Below are positions 1 to 12,812 of a DNA stretch of 64,000 nt, piece by piece. The notes under the pieces are model-generated. The model saw nothing but the letters and a program-made list of their open reading frames with translations, did no database searches and was not told the origin of the DNA. The stretch's first letter is position 1, and each line of letters begins with the position of its first letter. The DNA is from Escherichia coli (GTDB lineage Bacteria > Pseudomonadota > Gammaproteobacteria > Enterobacterales > Enterobacteriaceae), in assembly GCF_011045215.1 (NCBI RefSeq), contig NZ_CP049201.1; one strand, 5' to 3'. A program made the translations under genes and the position numbers.

Positions 1-1048
1 TGGCCAGCGCTGGAGCGAAATCATCCCAGTAATACGCCAGAATCGTTGAGCCGATCACATTGCCCAGACCGACCCACCAGTAGTGCACCTGGCCTTCTAC
101 CGCGCGGTACATCCAGCCGGTTTCGCAGCCGCCAGCCAGCACGATGCCAAAACCAAACAGTAAACCACCAATTACCGCGTTTGGTCCCGCCCACATGATT
201 TTGGGTTCAACGCCTAACTGTACGTAACTGAAGATCCCGATGGCACTCACCGCCATACCGATAATGATTGCTTTCGCCATATGAGTACGTCCGGTGATCC
301 ACATATCGCGGAACGCCGAAGTAAAGCAGATTTGCGCACGTTCAATCAGTAAACCAAAGCCGACGCCAAACAGCATTGCCAGCCCCAGTTTGGGTTGGTT
401 CATCGCCGTGAGCAGCGCCCAGCCCAGCATGCCGAAAAAGACCAGCATCCCGAGACGAAAACGACGTCGCGCCTGATCCGGTTTTTGCGTCAGCGGTGAG
501 GCGGCAGAAACTTTCTGCATTTTCACGGGAATACGGAAGATGGGCAGCAGGGTAAAGCGCGCGCCAAACCATGAACCAATGGCAGTGGCGATGGCAAAGA
601 ACCAGGCATGCAGCGAGAACTGAGGAATACCGGTAAAGAACGCCGCCAGGTTACAGCCCATTGCCAGACGCGCGCCAAAACCGGCGATAATGCCGCCAAT
701 GATGGCCTGCATAATGCGGATACGGCTGCGCGGCATTCGCAGTTTGACATTGTTGGCCCACAGCGCTGCGGCAAAGCAGCCGCCAAACATACCGAGGATC
801 ATCATCCCGTCGATGCGGGTTAATGGCGATCCTTCCAGATGGATAATTTTAAAGTAACCCCACTCTTCAGCATGGACGCCGAACAGTTGCAGGAGCTGGC
901 CGCCCCAACGGGTAAATTCACCCGTGACAGCCCAAAAGGTGCCAGTAATGCCAAAATAGTAAGTGGAGAGAATACCCGCCGCGATGACCGCGGGGATGGG
1001 CGCCCAGAATTTAATCAACCAGGCGTGTTTGAATTGCTGCCATGACAT
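1..1048 (-). CDS. yedE: YedE/YeeE-family inner-membrane transporter (putative selenium/sulfur compound transport), partial: 3' end lies beyond window start
   Basis: Minus-strand translation from ATG at 1046-1048 gives MSWQQFKHAWLIKFWAPIPAV... and stays open to position 1 (C-terminal region ...IVLAGGCETGWMYRAVEGQVHYWWVGLGNVIGSTILAYYWDDFAPALA). Not in ORF track because no stop inside window. Synteny next to yedD/amyA. Confidence 0.85.
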   Translation of the reverse strand, partial: MSWQQFKHAWLIKFWAPIPAVIAAGILSTYYFGITGTFWAVTGEFTRWGGQLLQLFGVHAEEWGYFKIIHLEGSPLTRIDGMMILGMFGGCFAAALWANNVKLRMPRSRIRIMQAIIGGIIAGFGARLAMGCNLAAFFTGIPQFSLHAWFFAIATAIGSWFGARFTLLPIFRIPVKMQKVSAASPLTQKPDQARRRFRLGMLVFFGMLGWALLTAMNQPKLGLAMLFGVGFGLLIERAQICFTSAFRDMWITGRTHMAKAIIIGMAVSAIGIFSYVQLGVEPKIMWAGPNAVIGGLLFGFGIVLAGGCETGWMYRAVEGQVHYWWVGLGNVIGSTILAYYWDDFAPALA

Positions 1049-1234
1049 GAATGTAGCCTCTGAACTCAGAAGGTTTGAAACAAGAGTCGCGAATCATACA
1101 CCATGCAAATTTATTTTCGGGGTAATAATTCACAAAAATAATAGTTAGATCAAATTTCTCTCTGAACCTGGAAAGGCTGGCGACATCAGGGCTTTAATGC
1201 CACAATCCTCTTTTCTTCTCATGCAGGACGAATG

Positions 1235-1648
1235 ATGAAAAAACTCGCAATTGCAGGCGCGCTCATGTTGCTGGCGGGCTGTGCCGAAGTCGAAAACTAT
1301 AACAATGTCGTGAAAACCCCCGCGCCGGACTGGCTGGCGGGCTACTGGCAGACCAAAGGGCCGCAACGTGCGCTGGTCAGCCCGGAAGCGATAGGCAGCC
1401 TGATTGTCACTAAAGAGGGCGATACCCTGGATTGCCGTCAGTGGCAGCGGGTGATTGCTGTGCCGGGCAAGTTGACATTGATGTCTGATGATCTCACTAA
1501 CGTTACCGTAAAACGTGAGCTGTACGAGGTTGAGCGTGACGGTAACACCATTGAGTACGATGGTATGACGATGGAGCGTGTGGATCGCCCGACGGCAGAG
1601 TGTGCCGCCGCGCTGGATAAAGCGCCGTTACCGACGCCACTGCCGTAA
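1235..1648 (+). CDS. yedD: lipoprotein YedD
   Basis: ORF 1232..1648; lipoprotein signal MKKLAIAGALMLLAGC; synteny between yedE and amyA. Confidence 0.85.
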   Translation: MKKLAIAGALMLLAGCAEVENYNNVVKTPAPDWLAGYWQTKGPQRALVSPEAIGSLIVTKEGDTLDCRQWQRVIAVPGKLTLMSDDLTNVTVKRELYEVERDGNTIEYDGMTMERVDRPTAECAAALDKAPLPTPLP

Positions 1649-1681
1649 TGAAATCTCCCCGGCTTGCTGCCGGGGATGAAT

Positions 1682-3169
1682 TTAAATCACCTCTTCGATA
1701 ACCCACACGCTAACGCTGCCGCCGTTGCAAAAGAAGGTCGCTTCGCCGTTTTCGTCGGTTACTACACTCTCTTGCCGGTTCCCAAGAAAATCACGCCAGG
1801 TTTTATTGCCGTAATTCTCTCCCAGATGAATGGTTTTTTCGCCATCATCCCCGTTCGACATGACCACCACGCAGCCGGGATATTCGTCAGTGCCACTGCG
1901 GCTAAAGGCAATGCAGTTCGGATGGTCGAAAAATAACGTCTGTACACCGTGGGCGAAACGCTGACGGGCGAGAATTAACTCATCAAGCTGTTCGATTATT
2001 GGCATATCTATCGGATAGGTTTGCCCGTCACCACCGACATCTTCGTAATGCGCACCGTAGAGGTCCGGATAGAATACCGAAGGAACGCCATTTTCCCGCA
2101 ACAAAATTAAGGCGTACGCCAGCGGTTTAAACCACGGTTCGACCGGCGCTTCGAGGGCTTGCAACGGTTGGGTGTCATGGTTGGCAACGAGGGTTACGGC
2201 GTGAAAAGGATCGGCTTCCACCAGCGTCCCAGTGAAAATCTGCGTCATGTCGTAGTCGCGTCCCATGCGCGATGCTTCATGGAATTTCATCTGCAGCGGC
2301 GCATCAAACAGCATGGTTTTGCCTTCCACCTGATCAATATACGTTTGCAGTTTATCGACTTCATGCGACCAGTACTCTGCCACAATAAACAGCGGCTTTG
2401 GCGCAACTTCCTGTACGTGTTCGATCCACTCTTTATAAAACCACGCCGGAATATGTTTGACCGCATCAAGACGAAAACCGTCGCATTGTGTTTGTTCCAT
2501 CACCCAGCGCGCCCAGTATTTAATCTCTTCCGTCACGGCATGATTGCGGAAATCGATATTCTCACCCATCAGATAATCGAAATTACCTAATTCATCATCA
2601 ACCTGATCGTTCCAGCCTTCGCCGGTGTAGTCGTTAACAATTTTAAATATGCCATCTTCATCAGGGTTTTCGATATGGTCGATACCGCTAAAACATTTGA
2701 AATCCCAGATAAACTGTGAGTATTGCCCGGCACGGGCGGGGAAGGTGTAACGCGTCCAGCCTTCGCACTCAATGATTTCTTCATCAATTTGCGTACGGTC
2801 GTCAGCATTTACACGCTGCACGCGAATAGCTTCTTTTTCATCCGCGCCCATTTTGTGGTTGACTACCACGTCCAACAGCACCGCAATGTCATTACGTTTC
2901 AGGGCGTCAATGGCGGCCAGCAGTTGTACTTTATCGCCATATTTAGTAGGGATGCTGCCTTTCTGATCAAACTCACCTAAATCAAATAAATCATAGGAGT
3001 CGTAGCCGACCGAATACCCGCCCGATGCGCCTTTATAGGCGGGCGGCAACCAGACCATATTGATACCAATATCATTAAAACCGTCGGCGCGCTCGGCCAG
3101 TTCAGGCCAGAGCTTACCGCCTTCCGGGTAATACCAGTGAAAACATTGTAACAGCGTGGGATTACGCAT
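1682..3169 (-). CDS. amyA: cytoplasmic alpha-amylase
   Basis: 495-aa ORF, glycoside hydrolase family 13 motifs ([22 protein letters not shown]); flanks fliT as in E. coli. Confidence 0.95.
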   Translation of the reverse strand: MRNPTLLQCFHWYYPEGGKLWPELAERADGFNDIGINMVWLPPAYKGASGGYSVGYDSYDLFDLGEFDQKGSIPTKYGDKVQLLAAIDALKRNDIAVLLDVVVNHKMGADEKEAIRVQRVNADDRTQIDEEIIECEGWTRYTFPARAGQYSQFIWDFKCFSGIDHIENPDEDGIFKIVNDYTGEGWNDQVDDELGNFDYLMGENIDFRNHAVTEEIKYWARWVMEQTQCDGFRLDAVKHIPAWFYKEWIEHVQEVAPKPLFIVAEYWSHEVDKLQTYIDQVEGKTMLFDAPLQMKFHEASRMGRDYDMTQIFTGTLVEADPFHAVTLVANHDTQPLQALEAPVEPWFKPLAYALILLRENGVPSVFYPDLYGAHYEDVGGDGQTYPIDMPIIEQLDELILARQRFAHGVQTLFFDHPNCIAFSRSGTDEYPGCVVVMSNGDDGEKTIHLGENYGNKTWRDFLGNRQESVVTDENGEATFFCNGGSVSVWVIEEVI

Positions 3170-3246
3170 TCTTCGACTCCATTCAAGGGGAACATTAGAA
3201 GCGTAGCCGTAATCGGATTATTCGCGAGCCATCGACTCATTCAGAT

Positions 3247-3612
3247 TCAAAAGAGGTTATCCTGCGGAGCCAGCACAAAGCCGCCCTGATCGCCATAGGC
3301 ACTTAACACCGATTTTTGCACCGATGACTGACCGACCAGTTTCGCCAGTTCATCCATCCGAATCTGTAATAACTGCTTTACCTTGCTTTCGTTGTCGAGA
3401 ATCAGGCGCAGCATCGGGCGGAGCTGCTCCTGCATCGTGGTGGACGGGTCTATTTCTTCAGTCAGATGTGCAATCTCCTGCACCGCATTCACATACGCCA
3501 TTTCGCTGGCGATGAGTTCGTCCCATTGTTCTTCCGTTGCCAGGCGTAACATGAGCTGGCTTTTTTCGACGAGTTGTTGCCAGGCGAAATACAAATGCGG
3601 TGCATGGTTCAT
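3247..3612 (-). CDS. fliT: flagellar export chaperone / FlhDC anti-activator FliT
   Basis: 121-aa ORF immediately downstream of fliS in the fliDST operon. Confidence 0.9.
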   Translation of the reverse strand: MNHAPHLYFAWQQLVEKSQLMLRLATEEQWDELIASEMAYVNAVQEIAHLTEEIDPSTTMQEQLRPMLRLILDNESKVKQLLQIRMDELAKLVGQSSVQKSVLSAYGDQGGFVLAPQDNLF

Positions 3613-4022
3613 CAGACTGGGTCCTGAATCAAAGAAGGGGAGAGTAACGACTCTTTCCAGGCATCGGCAATATTGCGCATTAATGCTTCCACTTCTTCGA
3701 CTGCGGAGACATCGTTGCGTAAATTGGCTTGCAGCAAGCGCCTGACCATATAGCTATAAAGAGCAATCAAGTTTTGGGTTAATTCGTCTTTGCTCTCTTC
3801 ATCAAGACTCACCCGCAGTCCGTTCTCAATGATGTTGATCGCTTTTGACAAAGAGACGCCTTTGCCTTGCTGATTGTTGTCCTGCATAAACAGGCGCGCT
3901 CTAACCAGTGCGCTCAGCACTCCATCAAATAGCATGGTGACCAGCTGCTGCTGGCTGGCGCTCATTACGGCGCTTTCGACGCCAATTTGTGCATAGGCCT
4001 GGGTGCCTTTTGCCGCGTACAT
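3612..4022 (-). CDS. fliS: flagellin-specific export chaperone FliS
   Basis: 136-aa ORF, position between fliD and fliT. Confidence 0.9.
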   Translation of the reverse strand: MYAAKGTQAYAQIGVESAVMSASQQQLVTMLFDGVLSALVRARLFMQDNNQQGKGVSLSKAINIIENGLRVSLDEESKDELTQNLIALYSYMVRRLLQANLRNDVSAVEEVEALMRNIADAWKESLLSPSLIQDPV

Positions 4023-4046
4023 GACCTGTCTCCCGATGAATAATGA

Positions 4047-5453
4047 TTACTTGGAATTACTGTTGTTTTCGAACTGCTGCGTTAAGTAGCTGCTTGTGCT
4101 GTTTAACGAGGTCATTAAAACGTCCAGTTGGGTAAATTGTTCTTTGTAGCGCGCGACCTGCGCATCAATGCGATCGCTGGCGGCGTTGTAGTCTTTAGTT
4201 AATTTATTCAGGGTCTTACTAACGCCATCGGTAGCGGCTTTAATAATGCCCGTTGTCGAAAGCCAACTGGTCAGGTTGCTGCCGATGGTGGTCGTGATGC
4301 CGGTTTTTTTACCATCGCCAACAATCAATGCACCTACGCCGCTGGCATCTTTTTTCAGTGCAGCGGTGAGTTTGTCGGCATCCAGTTCCAGTTTGCCATC
4401 GCTGGGATCGGTCGTGATATCAATCTGCGCCAACGTTTTATAGCTGGAAGAACTGACGGTATTACTCAGCATCGATTTCAACTGCGTCTGAATCGTCCGC
4501 AGCGTGGAGTCGCCGAGCAGTGCGCCATTGCTAGAACTCTGGCTATCAGCTCCTGCATCTACGGCGGTGTATTTGGTCAGGCTGCTGAAGGTATCTATTA
4601 GCGAGTTATAGGCATTCACCCAGTCTTTAATCGCCGTTTGCGCTTTGGAGGTGTCCTGAGTGATGGTCAGCGTCTGGTTGCCCGTGGTGACATCGTTCAG
4701 GTTCAGGGTGATGTTTTCCAGCGCGTCGCTGATGGTGTTGCTGCTGTTCTCAATGGCGACGTTGTTGACCGTCAGCTGCGCATTCTGGGCGGCGACCGAG
4801 ACTTCCATGCCGTTGCTGCTGGCACTGGCGTCATAGCCCATAAAACTTTGTAGCGCATCATCACCGCTGACCGAGAGTGTCATCGCATTGTCAAGGCCGG
4901 TGTCATTTGATGTGACTGACAGACGATATTCACCGTTACCCACGTTAATGATGCTCGCACTTACGCCCGCTTTTGCGTTGTTGATGGCATCACGGATCCC
5001 GCTTAACGACGAGTTAGCCGCGCTGATATCAATGGTAATCGGATCTTTGTCGCCGCCTTGTTGAATGGTGAGTTTACTGTCGCTGGTGGCGATCGCCGTT
5101 TTCGTCTCGTCTCTGGTGGTGCGCGTGGTCAGGGTTTGCGCCTGCGCCAGATGGGTGACGCTGATGGTGTATTTCCCGGCGATAGCGTTTCCCGCAGTGG
5201 TGGCACTGAACGCGGTGGTGCTGCTGGTGGTGCTGGTGGCGGAAAAAAGATCAGCTTTAGACAATGCAGTATTGGCGGTCTGGAAAGTCGTCAGCGCGCT
5301 TTTCAGCGTACCGTAGGCGCTAAGTTTAGCGGTAAACGACGATTGCTGATTTGATATAGGGGTTAGCGTCGCTTTTTGCGCGGCGGTGAGGCTATCGAGG
5401 ATTGAACTTAAATCCAGACCTGACCCGACTCCCAGCGATGAAATACTTGCCAT
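4047..5453 (-). CDS. fliD: flagellar filament capping protein FliD
   Basis: 468-aa ORF, Ser/Thr-rich, divergent from fliC. Confidence 0.95.
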   Translation of the reverse strand: MASISSLGVGSGLDLSSILDSLTAAQKATLTPISNQQSSFTAKLSAYGTLKSALTTFQTANTALSKADLFSATSTTSSTTAFSATTAGNAIAGKYTISVTHLAQAQTLTTRTTRDETKTAIATSDSKLTIQQGGDKDPITIDISAANSSLSGIRDAINNAKAGVSASIINVGNGEYRLSVTSNDTGLDNAMTLSVSGDDALQSFMGYDASASSNGMEVSVAAQNAQLTVNNVAIENSSNTISDALENITLNLNDVTTGNQTLTITQDTSKAQTAIKDWVNAYNSLIDTFSSLTKYTAVDAGADSQSSSNGALLGDSTLRTIQTQLKSMLSNTVSSSSYKTLAQIDITTDPSDGKLELDADKLTAALKKDASGVGALIVGDGKKTGITTTIGSNLTSWLSTTGIIKAATDGVSKTLNKLTKDYNAASDRIDAQVARYKEQFTQLDVLMTSLNSTSSYLTQQFENNSNSK

Positions 5454-5615
5454 GCGATTTCCTTTTATCTTTCGACACGTAAAACGAATACCGGGGTTAT
5501 CGGCCTGAATTGCGCAAAGTTTACGTTTAATTGTTTTTTTTAATAGCGGGAATAAGGGGCAGAGAAAAGAGTATTTCGGCGACTAACAAAAAATGGCTGT
5601 TTGTGAAAAAAATTC

Positions 5616-5642
5616 TAAAGGTTGTTTTACGACAGACGATAA
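5616..5642 (+). promoter_or_regulatory. sigma-28 (FliA) class 3 promoter of fliC
   Basis: TAAAGGTT (5616-5623) - 11 nt - GACGATAA (5635-5642), ~75 nt upstream of fliC ATG; matches the TAAAGTTT-N11-GCCGATAA consensus. Confidence 0.6.
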
Positions 5643-5718
5643 CAGGGTTGACGGCGATTGAGCCGACGGGTGGAAACCCAATACGTAATCAACGACTTGC
5701 AATATAGGATAACGAATC

Positions 5719-7536
5719 ATGGCACAAGTCATTAATACCAACAGCCTCTCGCTGATCACTCAAAATAATATCAACAAGAACCAGTCTGCGCTGTCGAGTT
5801 CTATCGAGCGTCTGTCTTCTGGCTTGCGTATTAACAGCGCGAAGGATGACGCAGCGGGTCAGGCGATTGCTAACCGTTTCACCTCTAACATTAAAGGCCT
5901 GACTCAGGCTGCACGTAACGCTAACGATGGTATCTCTCTGGCGCAGACCACTGAAGGCGCACTGTCTGAGATTAACAACAACTTACAACGTGTGCGTGAG
6001 TTGACTGTACAGGCGACCACCGGTACTAACTCTGATTCTGACCTGGCTTCTATTCAGGACGAAATCAAATCCCGTTTGTCTGAAATTGACCGCGTATCCG
6101 GGCAGACCCAGTTCAACGGCGTGAACGTATTGTCTAAAGATGGCTCCCTGAAAATTCAGGTTGGCGCAAATGATGGTCAGACTATCTCTATCGACCTGAA
6201 GAAAATTGACTCTGATACTCTGGGTTTGAATGGTTTCAACGTTAATGGTTCTGGTACCATTGCAAACAAAGCGGCCACAATCAGTGACTTGACTGCTCAG
6301 AAAGCCGTTGACAACGGTAATGGTACTTATAAAGTTACAACTAGCAACGCTGCACTTACTGCATCTCAGGCATTAAGTAAGCTGAGTGATGGCGATACTG
6401 TAGATATTGCAACCTATGCTGGTGGTACAAGTTCAACAGTTAGTTATAAATACGACGCAGATGCAGGTAACTTCAGTTATAACAATACTGCAAACAAAAC
6501 AAGTGCTGCGGCTGGAACTCTGGCAGATACTCTTCTCCCGGCAGCTGGCCAGACTAAAACCGGTACTTACAAGGCTGCTACTGGTGATGTTAACTTTAAT
6601 GTTGACGCAACTGGTAATCTGACAATTGGCGGACAGCAAGCCTACCTGACTACTGATGGTAACCTTACAACAAACAACTCCGGTGGTGCGGCTACTGCAA
6701 CTCTTAAAGAGCTGTTTACTCTTGCTGGCGATGGTAAATCTCTGGGGAACGGCGGTACTGCTACCGTTACTCTGGATAATACTACGTATAATTTCAAAGC
6801 TGCTGCGGACGTTACTGATGGTGCTGGTGTCATCGCTGCTGCTGGTGTAACTTATACAGCCACTGTTTCTAAAGATGTCATTCTGGCACAACTGCAATCT
6901 GCAAGTCAGGCAGCAGCAACCGCTACCGACGGTGATACTGTCGCAACGATCAACTATAAATCTGGTGTCATGATCGGTTCCGCTACCTTTACCAATGGTA
7001 AAGGTACTGCCGATGGTATGACTTCTGGTACAACTCCAGTCGTAGCTACAGGTGCTAAAGCTGTATATGTTGATGGCAACAATGAACTGACTTCCACTGC
7101 ATCTTACGATACGACTTACTCTGTCAACGCAGATACAGGCGCAGTAAAAGTGGTATCAGGTACTGGTACTGGTAAATTTGAAGCTGTTGCTGGTGCGGAT
7201 GCTTATGTAAGCAAAGATGGCAAATTAACGACAGAAACCACCAGTGCAGGCACTGCAACCAAAGATCCTTTGGCTGCCCTGGATGCTGCTATCAGCTCCA
7301 TCGACAAATTCCGTTCCTCCCTGGGTGCTATCCAGAACCGTCTGGATTCCGCAGTCACCAACCTGAACAACACCACTACTAACCTGTCTGAAGCGCAGTC
7401 CCGTATTCAGGACGCCGACTATGCGACCGAAGTGTCCAATATGTCGAAAGCGCAGATCATCCAGCAGGCCGGTAACTCCGTGTTGGCAAAAGCTAACCAG
7501 GTACCGCAGCAGGTTCTGTCTCTGCTGCAGGGTTAA
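5719..7536 (+). CDS. fliC: flagellin (605 aa; conserved N/C termini, long central variable domain)
   Basis: MAQVINTNSLSLITQNNINKNQSALSSSIERLSSGLRINSAKDDAAGQAIANRF... and C-terminal ...QVPQQVLSLLQG. Confidence 0.95.
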   Translation: MAQVINTNSLSLITQNNINKNQSALSSSIERLSSGLRINSAKDDAAGQAIANRFTSNIKGLTQAARNANDGISLAQTTEGALSEINNNLQRVRELTVQATTGTNSDSDLASIQDEIKSRLSEIDRVSGQTQFNGVNVLSKDGSLKIQVGANDGQTISIDLKKIDSDTLGLNGFNVNGSGTIANKAATISDLTAQKAVDNGNGTYKVTTSNAALTASQALSKLSDGDTVDIATYAGGTSSTVSYKYDADAGNFSYNNTANKTSAAAGTLADTLLPAAGQTKTGTYKAATGDVNFNVDATGNLTIGGQQAYLTTDGNLTTNNSGGAATATLKELFTLAGDGKSLGNGGTATVTLDNTTYNFKAAADVTDGAGVIAAAGVTYTATVSKDVILAQLQSASQAAATATDGDTVATINYKSGVMIGSATFTNGKGTADGMTSGTTPVVATGAKAVYVDGNNELTSTASYDTTYSVNADTGAVKVVSGTGTGKFEAVAGADAYVSKDGKLTTETTSAGTATKDPLAALDAAISSIDKFRSSLGAIQNRLDSAVTNLNNTTTNLSEAQSRIQDADYATEVSNMSKAQIIQQAGNSVLAKANQVPQQVLSLLQG

Positions 7537-7647
7537 TCGTTGTAACCTGATTAACTGAGACTGACGGCAACGCCAAATTGCCTGATGCGTTGCGCTTATC
7601 AGGCCTACAAGTTGAATTGCAATTTATTGAATTCGCACATTTTTGTA

Positions 7648-7678
<31 letters not shown>

Positions 7679-7710
7679 AACATGAATGGTAATTTGTCAG
7701 CAACGTGCTT

Positions 7711-7734
7711 CCCCGCCACCGGCGGGGTTTTTTC
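7711..7734 (+). terminator. rho-independent terminator after fliC, within a REP-containing intergenic region
   Basis: ccccgcc-acc-ggcgggg hairpin followed by T-run; preceded by REP-like palindromes (gcctgatgcg...cttatcaggcctac; tgtaggccggataaggcg...gcatccggca). Confidence 0.6.
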
Positions 7735-7855
7735 TGCCTGGAATTTACCGGTAACCCCCAAATAACCCCTCATTTCACCCACTAATCGTCCGATTAAAAA
7801 CCCTGCAGAAACGGATAATCATGCCGATAACTCATATAACGCAGGGCTGTTTATC

Positions 7856-8575
7856 GTGAATTCACTCTATACCGCTGAAGGTGTAATGGATAAACACTCG
7901 CTGTGGCAGCGTTATGTCCCGCTGGTGCGTCACGAAGCATTGCGCCTGCAGGTTCGACTGCCCGCGAGCGTGGAACTTGACGATCTGCTACAGGCGGGCG
8001 GCATTGGGTTACTTAATGCCGTCGAACGCTATGACGCCCTACAAGGAACGGCATTTACAACTTACGCAGTGCAGCGTATCCGTGGCGCTATGCTGGATGA
8101 ACTTCGCAGCCGTGACTGGGTGCCGCGCAGCGTGCGACGCAACGCGCGTGAAGTGGCACAGGCAATAGGGCAACTGGAGCAGGAACTTGGCCGCAACGCC
8201 ACGGAAACTGAGGTAGCGGAACGTTTAGGGATCGATATTGCCGATTATCGCCAAATGTTGCTCGACACCAATAACAGCCAGCTCTTCTCCTACGATGAGT
8301 GGCGCGAAGAGCACGGCGATAGCATCGAACTGGTTACTGATGATCATCAGCGAGAAAACCCGCTACAACAACTGCTGGACAGTAATCTGCGCCAGCGGGT
8401 GATGGAAGCTATCGAAACGTTGCCGGAGCGCGAAAAACTGGTATTAACCCTCTATTACCAGGAAGAGCTGAATCTCAAAGAGATTGGTGCAGTGCTGGAG
8501 GTCGGGGAATCGCGGGTCAGTCAGTTACACAGCCAGGCTATTAAACGGTTACGCACTAAACTGGGTAAGTTATAA
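7856..8575 (+). CDS. fliA: RNA polymerase sigma-28 factor FliA
   Basis: 239-aa ORF with GTG start; sigma-70 family regions; upstream of fliZ. Confidence 0.95.
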   Translation: MNSLYTAEGVMDKHSLWQRYVPLVRHEALRLQVRLPASVELDDLLQAGGIGLLNAVERYDALQGTAFTTYAVQRIRGAMLDELRSRDWVPRSVRRNAREVAQAIGQLEQELGRNATETEVAERLGIDIADYRQMLLDTNNSQLFSYDEWREEHGDSIELVTDDHQRENPLQQLLDSNLRQRVMEAIETLPEREKLVLTLYYQEELNLKEIGAVLEVGESRVSQLHSQAIKRLRTKLGKL

Positions 8576-8620
8576 CGTCAGTAAATGCCGCACTTTAACT
8601 TTGACTACCAGGAGTTCTTA

Positions 8621-9172
8621 ATGATGGTGCAGCACCTGAAAAGACGGCCATTAAGCCGCTATCTTAAAGACTTTAAACACAGCCAGACCCATTGCGCGCA
8701 TTGCCGTAAATTACTCGATCGCATTACCTTAGTTCGCGACGGCAAAATAGTGAATAAAATCGAGATTTCCCGCCTGGACACGCTGCTTGATGAAAATGGC
8801 TGGCAAACGGAACAAAAATCATGGGCGGCATTGTGCCGATTTTGCGGTGATTTACATTGCAAAACGCAGAGTGATTTTTTCGATATTATCGGCTTTAAGC
8901 AATTTCTTTTTGAGCAAACTGAAATGAGCCCAGGTACGGTGCGTGAATATGTCGTTCGTCTGCGCCGTTTGGGGAATCATCTACACGAGCAAAATATTTC
9001 CCTCGATCAGCTGCAGGACGGTTTCCTTGATGAAATCCTCGCCCCGTGGCTGCCCACCACCAGCACCAACAATTACCGCATCGCATTACGGAAGTATCAA
9101 CACTATCAGCGCCAAACCTGTACCGGACTTGTGCAGAAATCCTCCAGCCAGCCTGCTTCTGATATATATTAA
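8621..9172 (+). CDS. fliZ: flagellar regulator FliZ
   Basis: ORF 8585..9172; likely start at MMVQHLKRRPLSRYL (8621); immediately downstream of fliA. Confidence 0.85.
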   Translation: MMVQHLKRRPLSRYLKDFKHSQTHCAHCRKLLDRITLVRDGKIVNKIEISRLDTLLDENGWQTEQKSWAALCRFCGDLHCKTQSDFFDIIGFKQFLFEQTEMSPGTVREYVVRLRRLGNHLHEQNISLDQLQDGFLDEILAPWLPTTSTNNYRIALRKYQHYQRQTCTGLVQKSSSQPASDIY

Positions 9173-9259
9173 ATAAGAATAAGATGTAGCGGAGTTGTTT
9201 TTGTGTTTACAAACAATGGCTCTACACTGCAAACAGACATAACAACATTCGGGGTGAAT

Positions 9260-11151
<1,892 letters not shown>

Positions 11152-11165
11152 CTCCGGGAACGCTC

Positions 11166-11834
11166 ATGCAAGAAAGTATACAACTGGTTATTGATTCCTT
11201 GCCGTTCCTGCTGAAAGGGGCTGGGTATACGCTGCAACTCAGTATCGGCGGCATGTTTTTTGGCTTACTGCTCGGGTTTATTCTCGCGCTGATGCGCCTG
11301 TCGCCAATCTGGCCCGTGCGCTGGCTGGCGCGTTTTTATATCTCTATTTTTCGTGGTACACCGCTCATCGCACAACTGTTTATGATCTATTACGGCCTGC
11401 CGCAGTTTGGTATCGAATTAGATCCCATTCCGTCAGCAATGATTGGTCTGTCGCTCAACACTGCCGCCTATGCCGCCGAAACACTGCGCGCCGCCATTTC
11501 TTCTATTGATAAAGGTCAGTGGGAAGCAGCTGCCAGTATTGGTATGACGCCGTGGCAGACCATGCGTCGCGCGATTTTGCCACAGGCGGCGCGGGTGGCG
11601 TTGCCGCCGCTGTCGAACAGCTTTATCAGCCTGGTAAAAGATACGTCGCTGGCCGCGACAATCCAGGTGCCGGAGCTGTTCCGTCAGGCGCAGTTGATTA
11701 CCTCGCGCACGCTAGAGGTGTTCACCATGTACCTGGCGGCTTCGCTCATCTACTGGATCATGGCGACAGTATTATCGACGTTGCAGAACCATTTTGAGAA
11801 TCAACTTAATCGCCAGGAGAGAGAACCAAAATGA
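11166..11834 (+). CDS. tcyL: L-cystine ABC transporter permease
   Basis: 222-aa polar amino-acid ABC permease; overlaps start of the next gene (operon). Confidence 0.9.
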   Translation: MQESIQLVIDSLPFLLKGAGYTLQLSIGGMFFGLLLGFILALMRLSPIWPVRWLARFYISIFRGTPLIAQLFMIYYGLPQFGIELDPIPSAMIGLSLNTAAYAAETLRAAISSIDKGQWEAAASIGMTPWQTMRRAILPQAARVALPPLSNSFISLVKDTSLAATIQVPELFRQAQLITSRTLEVFTMYLAASLIYWIMATVLSTLQNHFENQLNRQEREPK

Positions 11835-12583
11835 GTGCCATTGAAGTTAAGAACCTGGTGAAAAAATTTCACGGTCAGACGGTGCTGCACGGTATCGACC
11901 TTGAGGTAAAGCCTGGCGAAGTGGTGGCAATTATCGGTCCGAGTGGTTCCGGCAAAACCACGTTGCTACGCAGCATAAATCTGCTGGAACAACCCGAAGC
12001 GGGAACGATCACCGTTGGCGATATCACTATTGATACTGCACGTTCATTAAGTCAGCAAAAATCGCTGATTCGCCAGTTGCGTCAGCACGTCGGGTTTGTC
12101 TTCCAGAACTTTAATTTGTTTCCGCATCGTACGGTGCTGGAAAACATTATTGAAGGGCCGGTGATCGTCAAAGGCGAACCGAAAGAAGAGGCCACGGCGC
12201 GCGCTCGCGAGCTACTGGCGAAAGTTGGGCTGGCCGGTAAAGAAACCAGCTATCCACGTCGTTTGTCTGGCGGTCAACAGCAACGTGTTGCGATTGCACG
12301 TGCGCTGGCAATGCGTCCTGAGGTGATTTTGTTTGACGAGCCAACGTCGGCGCTGGATCCAGAGCTGGTGGGCGAAGTCCTGAACACCATCCGTCAGCTG
12401 GCGCAGGAAAAGCGCACGATGGTGATTGTGACGCACGAAATGAGCTTTGCCCGGGATGTTGCGGACCGGGCGATCTTTATGGACCAGGGGCGGATAGTCG
12501 AGCAGGGGGCCGCAAAAGCGTTATTTGCCGATCCCGAGCAGCCTCGCACCCGCCAGTTCCTCGAGAAGTTTCTGCTGCAATAA
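11831..12583 (+). CDS. tcyN: L-cystine ABC transporter ATP-binding protein
   Basis: Walker A GPSGSGKTT, ABC signature LSGGQQQRVAIARAL, Walker B ILFDEPTSALD. Confidence 0.9.
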   Translation: MSAIEVKNLVKKFHGQTVLHGIDLEVKPGEVVAIIGPSGSGKTTLLRSINLLEQPEAGTITVGDITIDTARSLSQQKSLIRQLRQHVGFVFQNFNLFPHRTVLENIIEGPVIVKGEPKEEATARARELLAKVGLAGKETSYPRRLSGGQQQRVAIARALAMRPEVILFDEPTSALDPELVGEVLNTIRQLAQEKRTMVIVTHEMSFARDVADRAIFMDQGRIVEQGAAKALFADPEQPRTRQFLEKFLLQ

Positions 12584-12812
12584 TAAGAAAAAATCAGCCC
12601 CGACGATTCGACAGTCGGGGCGGAACGCCATTTCAAGCCTGATAAAACTGCTTAACAAATCAGCATAACTCATTAATAACATAAGAGAATGTGATGGCTT
12701 GCAAAAGTAATTCATTGCCTGAATAATATAAATTATATATAAATCTTATTTATGTGATAGTTTGAATTATCATTATAAATGATACTCACTCTCAGGGGCG
12801 TTGCGGTTTACT

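Noticed and set aside
2159-2980. Plus-strand ORFs antisense to amyA
   Set aside because: Overlap a strongly supported GH13 gene on the other strand; no RBS or conservation evident.
6433-6897. Antisense and alternative-frame ORFs inside fliC (6407..6897)
   Set aside because: Embedded in the well-supported flagellin frame; Ser/Thr/Cys-rich translations are artefacts of the repetitive variable region.
8585-8620. N-terminal extension of fliZ (ORF track start at 8585)
   Set aside because: The extended start adds residues (MPHFNFDYQEFL) not matching the FliZ N-terminus as I recall it; ATG at 8621 (MMVQHLKRRPL) preferred, with moderate uncertainty.
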